Below are positions 56,713-64,000 of a stretch of DNA of 64,000 bases, one piece after another. The stretch covers positions 81,374-145,373 of the forward strand of contig CAZDVO010000001.1 of assembly GCA_964508905.1 (NCBI GenBank), in the 5' to 3' direction. The stretch comes from an uncultured bacterium. Lineage in GTDB: Bacteria; Omnitrophota; Omnitrophia; Omnitrophales; Aquincolibacteriaceae. The position numbers and the translations under genes were made by a program. The notes below the pieces were generated by a model that was given only the letters and a program-made list of their open reading frames with translations, was not told the DNA's origin and ran no database searches. The stretch's first letter is position 1; each line of letters starts with the position of its first letter.

Positions 56713-58413
56713 ATGAGGAAAATTTTATCGTTCATTTGCCTTAGCGCGGTCATTTCTCTGATGGGGAGGAGCGCGTTTGCGGCGAATGAAGATCGTGCTA
56801 CCCATGGAGGCGCCTCCGCCGCTGTCGTTGATTCCAAAGCAAGGAATCAGGCGGAAGAAATGTTGTTCCAGCCCAAAGCCCAAAAGCCGCTCGCTTTTGA
56901 AGAAGATGAAGAAGTAACCCCTTCCGAGTCCGGCCCCTCCTTTGTTGCAAAAAAGATAGTGCTCGAGGGAGATGTTCTAGTCCCGGCCGCTGAATATGAG
57001 CCGTTGCTCAAAAAAGTTGAGGGCCGGACGATCCATCTTTCCGATCTGCAACGGTTAGCCAATCAATTAGAGCAGCTTTTTCGCGCCAAGGGCTACATTG
57101 CTGTCGTGCTCATCCCTCCTCAAAAAATGGAAAAGCAGGAGCTCCGGCTCAAAGCGGTGACTTCCCGCATGGGGCGGCTGTCCGTAGAGAGGAATCGGTA
57201 CTATAGTGCCTGGCGTACGCAGGCTTATTGGATGACGCCTCAAGGGGAGGTTCTCAGCTATGATAAGATCCGCGACAATGTCATGGATATGAATGAGAAC
57301 CCGGATCGCACCGTGAAGCCGATCCTGCGTGCGGGCGTGGAACGCGGTACGACCGATGTGGTGTTGAACGTGGAAGATCAGTTCCCGATCCACTTCGGGA
57401 CCTCTTTTGATAACCAGGGGGTGAAACTCACGGGGAAGGATCGTCCGGGATTTACACTGCGGAACAATAACATGTTGGGGCTGGACGATACGTTCTTGAT
57501 CGGGACGGTGTTCGGCAAGGACTTTGGAGCCCTTTATCTTTATCACCTGGTCCCGATCACGGATTTTGGAACCAAATTTATCTGGTCGATCAGTCATGCG
57601 CAGGTGAATCCCAAAAAGGAATATTCCGATTACGGCATTAACGGGACTTCCGAGACCTACAGCCTTGCGCTGCAGCAGCGCGTGATCCGGACCGAGAAAT
57701 ATTCGGGCAATGTTACATTGGGTTTTGATTTTAAAGAAAAACATACTCGGTCCCAGAGCGTGACCACGGCCTGGGATAAAGAGCGGGTGATTTCGCTGAA
57801 GGGGGATTTTCAGGCGCGTGACCGCTGGGGGGGCTGGGCGCTCGGGCAAGGGGTCGCTTTTGGAATGCCGAACCGTGACGACAATTGGCCGCTTGCTTCC
57901 GGGCAGGGCGAGCATTCGTTCTTTAAGTATTCCTATTCCATGACGAGGGTCACACGGCTTCCCTGGCGCACGAAAGCGATCTGGGATGTTCAGGGGCAAT
58001 ATACGCCCGACATGCTCTTGCCCCAGGAACAGCTTTTTCTTGGCGGCGCCCGTTCGATCCGTGGATATCCGGAAAGTGATTACGGCGCGGACAGCGGGTT
58101 TCAGTCCCGTCTGGATTACATGCTTCCGCCTTACGGGATGCCCGAAACCTGGAAAATGCCTCTGGATACGATCCCTCTGAAGGATCAGATCAATCTGATC
58201 GCGTTTTTTGATATGGGTTACGGACGGAACACGACCCCGCTGATCGATGATGAAAAAGTTTCGGATTTTCTGGCGGGCGTTGGAGGCGGATTTGAACTCC
58301 GCTTTCGTAAATACGCTTCAGCGCGGATGGAGTGGGGTGTTCCGGTGGGTGATAAGCCGATCACTGAGGGCGGGCGTTCGCAACTTCATTTTACGTTCAA
58401 TCTCAATTACTAG
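56713..58413 (+). CDS. ShlB/FhaC (TpsB)-family outer-membrane beta-barrel protein with a POTRA domain
   Basis: about 566 aa; signal peptide; POTRA-like segment; C-terminal beta-barrel ending in aromatic ...FTFNLNY; no TpsA partner seen nearby. Confidence 0.45.
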   Translation: MRKILSFICLSAVISLMGRSAFAANEDRATHGGASAAVVDSKARNQAEEMLFQPKAQKPLAFEEDEEVTPSESGPSFVAKKIVLEGDVLVPAAEYEPLLKKVEGRTIHLSDLQRLANQLEQLFRAKGYIAVVLIPPQKMEKQELRLKAVTSRMGRLSVERNRYYSAWRTQAYWMTPQGEVLSYDKIRDNVMDMNENPDRTVKPILRAGVERGTTDVVLNVEDQFPIHFGTSFDNQGVKLTGKDRPGFTLRNNNMLGLDDTFLIGTVFGKDFGALYLYHLVPITDFGTKFIWSISHAQVNPKKEYSDYGINGTSETYSLALQQRVIRTEKYSGNVTLGFDFKEKHTRSQSVTTAWDKERVISLKGDFQARDRWGGWALGQGVAFGMPNRDDNWPLASGQGEHSFFKYSYSMTRVTRLPWRTKAIWDVQGQYTPDMLLPQEQLFLGGARSIRGYPESDYGADSGFQSRLDYMLPPYGMPETWKMPLDTIPLKDQINLIAFFDMGYGRNTTPLIDDEKVSDFLAGVGGGFELRFRKYASARMEWGVPVGDKPITEGGRSQLHFTFNLNY

Positions 58414-58528
58414 AGGACCGGTCGCGTATTGCCGGTGACATGGTTCGTTTTTCCGTCACGGGATTCCGTGGGAGGTAAGTCTTTTTTAACGTCATCATGC
58501 CATTCTTCGAAACAGGGTCCCTGTTCTT

Positions 58529-60298
58529 ATGAGCGCCCACGAGCCGATTGAAGCAACCGAGAAACTTTTTACCCGCACCCGTTCCCGCGCCTATCAAGGA
58601 TGGGCCCGTTTTGGGATCTACGTTCTGATCGTCGGGGTTTTCGCCCTATTGCTGGGCACGCATCGTCTGGATCGCCTTGAAGATCGCGCGCGCGATACCT
58701 TCCTCAAATCCATTGCTTGGGGACAGGTCCGTCCGGATATCGCCCTGATCGAGATCTCCAGAGCCGCGCTGGATGAGATTGGAGCTTGGCCCTGGCCGCG
58801 AAGCTATTACGCGATCATGGCACGTCTCTTAAGCGAATGGAAAGCCGCGGCGATCGTTCTGGACCTGGATCTTTCGGAGACGACCGATCCCAAGAACGAT
58901 CAAGACCTCCTGGGCGTTCTTGAAAAGATCACGACCCCTGTTTATCTTCCGGTGGAATTGAAAGACCAGAAGGAGAAAAAATTCTGGCTTCATGGGATGC
59001 CGGTGGTGCTTGAAACGAACGAGGGGAAAAAACAATGGGTTTACGCCCTTCCGGAATTCAGGAAAGCCGCCCGTGGTGTCGGGCACAGTTATCTCGAGCC
59101 CGATGAGGACGGGATCTTGAGGCGGTTCACGCCGTTCATCACGGAAGGCAAGGATCGGCATCTTTTCCTGCCGTTGCGCGTGGCCTTCGATCAGATGAAA
59201 AAACCGCTGCCCCTTGCCGGCGAGTGGGGGCCTTTCGCGGATTTTCAAGGGAAGGTGTTGATCCCTTGGAGCCGGGATTGGGATCGCGAAGTGTCGCGCT
59301 ATAATTATGCTGAATTGATCCATAGTTTTTATGCCGTTCAGAACCAGCTCCGCCCGGTCATCGATCCCGCGAAGATCGCCGGCAAGATCTGCTTTGTGGG
59401 CCCCACGGTGGCCGGTGCTACCGAGCTCAAGATCACGCCGCTCGAAGCTTCGTGCCCGCGTATCGATATCTACGCGCAGGTCCTGAATGCCGCCATGACC
59501 GGAGATTGGGTGCGGCCGGTCCCCGCCTGGGGGAATATGGTTTGTCTCCTTGCGATCGGCGCGGCGACGACCGTTCTTTTTATGGTTTTTCATGGAACGA
59601 TCGCACTCGTGGGGGCCTTGCTGCTTGCTTTAGGATGGATAGGATTCTGTTTCGGGGTCTTTGCCCAATGGCATCTTTGGTTTTATGTCGTGCAGCCGGT
59701 CCTTCTCATGCTCTGTCTTTTTATCTTTTCCGCGATCTATGCCCAGATGACGGTGACGCGTGAAAAATCCCATCTCTTCCATCTCGCGACCCGCGACGGA
59801 TTGACCGAACTTTATGTGATCCGTCACTTCCGGCTGATCATGAACCAGATCGTCCGGGAGGTCAGCCTGCGTAAGGAGCCTCTCGCGGTGATCCTTCTCG
59901 ACATCGACTATTTCAAGAAGATCAATGATACCTACGGGCATCCGGCGGGGGACATGGTCCTCAAAAAAACAGCCGAAGTCCTGTTGTCTTTTATCCGGAA
60001 ACGCCGCCCGTTCCGGGAGATCGATTTCGCGGCCCGATATGGGGGCGAAGAGTTCATCATCATGTTGCGCAAGGCCGGGCTCCAGGAGGCCGCGGGGGTT
60101 GCCGCGGAGCGCATCCGGAAGAAGATCGAAGAAACGAAATTTGAATGGGAAGGCAAGCTGATCCCCGTAACAATCAGTCTGGGCGTGGCTGTGCTTCATT
60201 CCGGTGAAAATGTTCCGGACCCCATGGTCCATCGCGCGGATGCCGCGCTTTACCGGGCGAAGGAATCCGGCCGCAATCGCGTTTGCCGGGAAGACTAG
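58529..60298 (+). CDS. CHASE2 sensor domain diguanylate cyclase (GGDEF)
   Basis: 589 aa; N-terminal TM plus periplasmic CHASE2-like region, a cluster of TM helices, then GGDEF with RYGGEEF. Confidence 0.75.
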   Translation: MSAHEPIEATEKLFTRTRSRAYQGWARFGIYVLIVGVFALLLGTHRLDRLEDRARDTFLKSIAWGQVRPDIALIEISRAALDEIGAWPWPRSYYAIMARLLSEWKAAAIVLDLDLSETTDPKNDQDLLGVLEKITTPVYLPVELKDQKEKKFWLHGMPVVLETNEGKKQWVYALPEFRKAARGVGHSYLEPDEDGILRRFTPFITEGKDRHLFLPLRVAFDQMKKPLPLAGEWGPFADFQGKVLIPWSRDWDREVSRYNYAELIHSFYAVQNQLRPVIDPAKIAGKICFVGPTVAGATELKITPLEASCPRIDIYAQVLNAAMTGDWVRPVPAWGNMVCLLAIGAATTVLFMVFHGTIALVGALLLALGWIGFCFGVFAQWHLWFYVVQPVLLMLCLFIFSAIYAQMTVTREKSHLFHLATRDGLTELYVIRHFRLIMNQIVREVSLRKEPLAVILLDIDYFKKINDTYGHPAGDMVLKKTAEVLLSFIRKRRPFREIDFAARYGGEEFIIMLRKAGLQEAAGVAAERIRKKIEETKFEWEGKLIPVTISLGVAVLHSGENVPDPMVHRADAALYRAKESGRNRVCRED

Positions 60299-60393
60299 GC
60301 CCCTTTTCCCGCCTTGACCAATTCTCTGGAAAACAATACACTCTAGCCTCCCATCGCCAGGATTTTGCGTTACAGCCTGGATTATCTCGTCGC

Positions 60394-60483
60394 GGAGAGG
60401 TGGCAGAGTGGTCGAATGCGGCGGTCTCGAAAACCGTTATCCTCGCAAGGGGATCGGGGGTTCGAATCCCTCCCTCTCCGCCA
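60394..60483 (+). tRNA. tRNA-Ser (anticodon CGA), CCA encoded
   Basis: class II tRNA; acceptor and T arm identical to tRNA-Ser(TGA) at 14729; anticodon loop CTCGAAA; 3' CCA present in the DNA. Confidence 0.9.
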
Positions 60484-60686
60484 TTGATTCTATGGATCAA
60501 TGACGGTCAAAGCGGCGCATAAGGAAAGCCTCGTTCGGCAGACGCTGCGGAAGTTTATGTCATCAATGATTGTTGATCATAGGTGAACTGCGGCTTGCTT
60601 TAAGTACCGCTTGAAATCGGGTTCCTTTTCCCGCATCATAGGCGCACCTTCCGGAAGATTTTCCTGACAGGCAATCGAGAGAGACC

Positions 60687-62369
60687 ATGGATTATTTGAT
60701 CTTCGCTAGAAAATTCAGGCCGCAGACCTTCGATGAGATCGTGGGGCAGGAGACCATTACCACGACCTTGAAAAATGCGATCCGCCAGGAAAGAGTGCCG
60801 CAGAGTTTCCTCTTTTCGGGCCCCCGCGGCGTGGGGAAGACTTCGACGGCGCGTATTCTTGCCAAGGCGTTAAATTGCAAAGACGGACCCACCGAGACGC
60901 CGTGCGGAAAATGCGTTTCTTGCAAAGAGATCGAACAGGGAAGTTCTATGGATGTCCTCGAGATCGACGGCGCGTCGAACCGCGGCATCGAAGAGATCCG
61001 CGGCCTTCGCGAAACCGTGAAATTCAAGCCGTCCGCCGGTAATTTCAAGATCTACATCATTGACGAAGTCCATATGCTTACGACCGAAGCGTTCAACGCG
61101 CTCCTCAAGACGCTGGAAGAACCGCCCTCCCATGTGAAATTCATTTTTGCGACAACGGAGGCTTACAAGGTTCCGCTGACCATCCTTTCGCGTTGCCAGC
61201 GATTTCAGTTCAAGCGCATCTCGGTGGCGGAAGTGGCTGAAAAGCTTGGGAAGATCGCCCAGAAAGAAAAGCTCAAATACGAAAAGAACGCCTTGCTTAT
61301 GATCGCCAAAGCCACAGAAGGCGCTTTGCGCGATGCGGAAAGCCTTCTCGATCAGCTCGCGAGTTTTTCGGACGGGGAGATCAAAGAAGCGGATGTGCTC
61401 ACGCTGCTTGGACTTGCTTCCGAGACCCTCTACGTGGACGTGTTGAACGCGATCCGAGGCAAGAAGGGGGATGAGATCTTTGGTCTCGTCAAAAAACTTT
61501 ATGAAGAAGGCGCTGATCTCGGTCAGTTCGCCAAAGGGCTCTTTGAGGTGTTCCGGCATCTGTTGGTGTTAAAAACAGCACCCAAGGCGGATGCATTGAT
61601 CGACGCGAGCTCGGAAATGCTCAAAAAATTGCGCGGCCTCGCAGAAGATTTTTCAGCGGGAGAACTTCTTCTCGCGCTTTCCATACTTCAAAACCTGCAA
61701 GTCCAGCTTCGCCGCCCTGTAGCGACTCCCAAGCTTTTAGCGGAAGCCGCGCTTCTCAAACTCGTTTATCTGGACGGGCTCAAACCGGTGGAGACTTTGA
61801 TCCAAAGCGCTGCCTCCGGCGCGCGAGCGCTTCCTGTGGCTCCGGTGGCGGAAAAAAAAACAATAAAGCCGGTTTCGATCGAAATGCCGACTCTGTCCGG
61901 TGAAGATGTTCCGCGCGAGGTTCCGACCCCCGTGTCCCTAAATCCCGCGGCGGTTCATGTTTCGCGGGGCGAGAGCGTTCAAGAGGGTCTGACCTTGAAT
62001 GATGTGGAGCGGGTGTGGCCGCAGGTGATCGAATGCGTCAAGGCCAAGAGGATGTCGCTGAGCCTTTATCTTTCCGAGGCTGAGCCTGCCGAGTTGGACG
62101 GGATGGTGATCGTGCTGGGGCTTCCTTCCGAATTCCGCTTCCACAAGGAAATGCTCGAGAAAGAAACCAACAAGCAGTTCATCGAAGAGGCTTTTTCGCA
62201 AGCGCTGGGGCATAAGGTCCGGATCCAGTGTGTGGTGACCGAGCGCGAAGGGGCGATCCAGGAGGCGGCGCCGGGAACGGTTTCCGCTTCGAAAGATGAG
62301 GATGTCCCGGATATCGTTTCAAAGGCCCTCGAGATCTTCGATGGTTCCAAAGTGATCCGCAAAGACTGA
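60687..62369 (+). CDS. dnaX: DNA polymerase III subunits gamma/tau
   Basis: 560 aa; AAA+ Walker A GPRGVGKTS; zinc module CGKCVSCKE; SRC motif; internal A9 run at 61852-61860. Confidence 0.9.
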   Translation: MDYLIFARKFRPQTFDEIVGQETITTTLKNAIRQERVPQSFLFSGPRGVGKTSTARILAKALNCKDGPTETPCGKCVSCKEIEQGSSMDVLEIDGASNRGIEEIRGLRETVKFKPSAGNFKIYIIDEVHMLTTEAFNALLKTLEEPPSHVKFIFATTEAYKVPLTILSRCQRFQFKRISVAEVAEKLGKIAQKEKLKYEKNALLMIAKATEGALRDAESLLDQLASFSDGEIKEADVLTLLGLASETLYVDVLNAIRGKKGDEIFGLVKKLYEEGADLGQFAKGLFEVFRHLLVLKTAPKADALIDASSEMLKKLRGLAEDFSAGELLLALSILQNLQVQLRRPVATPKLLAEAALLKLVYLDGLKPVETLIQSAASGARALPVAPVAEKKTIKPVSIEMPTLSGEDVPREVPTPVSLNPAAVHVSRGESVQEGLTLNDVERVWPQVIECVKAKRMSLSLYLSEAEPAELDGMVIVLGLPSEFRFHKEMLEKETNKQFIEEAFSQALGHKVRIQCVVTEREGAIQEAAPGTVSASKDEDVPDIVSKALEIFDGSKVIRKD

Positions 62370-62424
62370 AAGCGCTAGCCCCGTTTTATTGAGAAGCAGG
62401 TAACGAACGCCGAATAAAGGAATC

Positions 62425-63024
62425 ATGAAAGCTTATTCCGAGATCATGACGCGATTGGTCGAGTCGCTTTCCCGTCTGCCCGGGATCGGCAAGCGTTCGG
62501 CGGAGCGGATCGTTTTTCATCTCCTTAAGACCCCCAAAGAAGAAGCGCTTCTGCTAGGCGAGCTTGTGAAACAGCTTCGTGAGCAGGTGGTGTTTTGCGG
62601 TGTCTGCCATAACTTCTCCGATCAGAAACTTTGCCACATTTGCTCCGATCCGGGGAGAGATGCTGGGTTGATCTGCGTTGTGGAAGACCCGAAAGATGTT
62701 GCGGCCATCGAAAAGACAGGCGGGCATCCCGGCGTTTACCATGTTCTTCTGGGCGCCCTTTCGCCGTTGGATGGGATCGGGCCGGACCAGATCTGTATCG
62801 CGGATCTTCTCGAGCGTGTGAAACAGAAAAAAGTTCGTGAAGTGATCCTCGCGACCAATCCCAACACGGAAGGGGACACCACGGCGCTTTATCTCGCCAA
62901 GGTTCTCGCGCCTCTGAAGGTTAAGGTGACGCGGCTCGCGCGCGGGATCCCCGTAGGCAGTCATATTGAATATACCGATCAGGCGACACTTTCCCGGGCG
63001 CTTACGGGACGGCATCTCGTATGA
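62425..63024 (+). CDS. recR: recombination protein RecR
   Basis: 199 aa; HhH LPGIGKRSAERI; C4 zinc finger CGVCHNFSDQKLCHIC; Toprim. Confidence 0.9.
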   Translation: MKAYSEIMTRLVESLSRLPGIGKRSAERIVFHLLKTPKEEALLLGELVKQLREQVVFCGVCHNFSDQKLCHICSDPGRDAGLICVVEDPKDVAAIEKTGGHPGVYHVLLGALSPLDGIGPDQICIADLLERVKQKKVREVILATNPNTEGDTTALYLAKVLAPLKVKVTRLARGIPVGSHIEYTDQATLSRALTGRHLV

Positions 63025-63836
63025 TCCGCTCCTTGAAGGGCATTACGGCGCTTGTCACAGGAGCCTCCTCGGGGATCGGTAAGGCCTTTGCCCGCGAACT
63101 GGCGGGGCAGGGAGCGCATCTCATTCTTGTTTCACGGAATCTCCAGCGCTTGGAGCAGGAAGCCAAGGATCTGAGGATCCGCTTTTGTGTCAAAGTCCAT
63201 GTCTTTCCGGCGGATCTGACCCAGCCTGGAAAATGCCGCGAACTTTTCGACGGGATCGTCAGAAGCGGGCTTTCGGTCGATCTGCTCGTGAATAATGCCG
63301 GGGTGGCTCATTACGGGCCTTTTGAAACGATGAACTCGGAAGCGGCCGCTTCGATCGTGGAGCTGAACGTTCGCGCGCTGACGGAACTGACCCATCTTTT
63401 CCTTCCTCGCATGCTTGAACGAAAGAGCGGCGGGGTCTTGAATGTCGCTTCCACGGCAGGATTTCAGCCGATCCCCTGTTTGGCGCTTTATGCAGCCAGC
63501 AAGGCGTTCGTGCTGAATTTTTCCGAGGCGCTTTGGTCGGAATGCAAGGATCGGGGCGTTCGGGTCTTTTGTCTTTGCCCCGGGAATACCATCACCCGGT
63601 TTCATCAGACGGCAGGGATCGACAGGCAGCGGATGTTCTTCAGCGCTTCGGCTCTGGACGTGGCGCGTTTCGGGCTTCGGAAATTCTTGAGATCGAACCG
63701 CCCTTCGGCGATCTATGGGTTTTGGAACAAGCTGATGATCTATGTCGAGAGGCTTTCGCCGAGACGGTTAACGGTTTTTTTTACAAGGCTTATGTACAAG
63801 CCCAGCCACGCGGCACAAGACCCCGCTTCTCGATAG
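63021..63836 (+). CDS. short-chain dehydrogenase/reductase
   Basis: 271 aa; TGASSGIG cofactor motif; YAASK catalytic motif. Confidence 0.7.
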   Translation: MIRSLKGITALVTGASSGIGKAFARELAGQGAHLILVSRNLQRLEQEAKDLRIRFCVKVHVFPADLTQPGKCRELFDGIVRSGLSVDLLVNNAGVAHYGPFETMNSEAAASIVELNVRALTELTHLFLPRMLERKSGGVLNVASTAGFQPIPCLALYAASKAFVLNFSEALWSECKDRGVRVFCLCPGNTITRFHQTAGIDRQRMFFSASALDVARFGLRKFLRSNRPSAIYGFWNKLMIYVERLSPRRLTVFFTRLMYKPSHAAQDPASR

Positions 63837-63918
63837 AAGAAGTTCAGGGGATGGCGTGAATTTGAAAAGTTGCGTCCCTTCCCTTCCTTCGTTAGAATAC
63901 CCCCTCGCTGAAAGTTAC

Positions 63919-63989
63919 GCGGGCATAGCTTAATGGTAAAGTCTCAGCCTTCCAAGCTGACTATGCGGGTTCGATTCCCGCTGCCCGCT
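63919..63989 (+). tRNA. tRNA-Gly (anticodon TCC)
   Basis: 71 nt cloverleaf: acceptor GCGGGCA/TGCCCGC, anticodon loop CTTCCAA, T-loop TTCGATT. Confidence 0.9.
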
Positions 63990-64000
63990 GATTTCCAATG

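Noticed and set aside
57067-57999. 310-aa minus-strand ORF
   Set aside because: Antisense to the TpsB-like gene; no RBS; Arg/Pro-rich shadow translation.
60484-60686. Possible SRP RNA (ffs) upstream of dnaX, where it lies in many bacteria
   Set aside because: A palindromic CTTCCGGAAGG is present, but the conserved domain IV motif (GUCAGGUCCGGAAGGAAGCAGC) cannot be assembled on either strand.
1-64000. CRISPR arrays, IS elements, integrases, phage or toxin-antitoxin modules
   Set aside because: No short regularly spaced repeats, no transposase- or integrase-like translations in any frame and no paired small ORFs typical of TA systems. The only mobile-element signatures are the tRNA-Ser 3'-end duplication and the orphan Xis-like gene.

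Overview
This is a 64 kb segment of a GC-rich (about 55-60% GC) bacterial chromosome. Almost all of it is coding, and most genes lie on the + strand. I found no CRISPR array, transposase, integrase, phage genes or recognisable defence-system genes, so I cannot point to a clear novel system; the unusual items are listed under findings. Left to right the window contains: (1) A cell-surface polysaccharide locus of about 13.7 kb (1-13685). It has several GT1/GT4 glycosyltransferases, a hexapeptide acetyltransferase, a complete CDP-glycerol module (LicD-family phosphotransferase, TagD, GpsA), an OatA-like acyltransferase, an O-antigen-ligase/Wzy-family membrane protein and a MsbA-like ABC exporter. 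Base composition across it is mosaic. (2) tRNA-Arg(ACG) immediately followed by tadA, then tRNA-Ser(TGA) with a 23-bp copy of its 3' end exactly 180 bp downstream. (3) Housekeeping genes (corA, rlmN, ychF, cysE, pepA, rsmB, trmJ-like, pyrE, mutY), among which sit three paralogous small secreted proteins and an AT-rich island bearing an excisionase-family HTH gene. (4) A TCA-cycle cluster (icd-mdh-acnA-[PilZ]-gltA). (5) A translationally coupled inositol-phospholipid operon (ino1, CDP-alcohol phosphatidyltransferase, secreted Pro-rich protein). (6) A folate/purine block (pabB-pabC-purH-folC), then mnmE. (7) A long-form class II ribonucleotide reductase, nrdJ, with a long leader. (8) A TpsB-like outer-membrane protein, a CHASE2-GGDEF cyclase, tRNA-Ser(CGA), dnaX (with an internal A9 run), recR, an SDR oxidoreductase and tRNA-Gly(TCC). 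All calls are from reading the sequence and ORF translations; no database searches were run.
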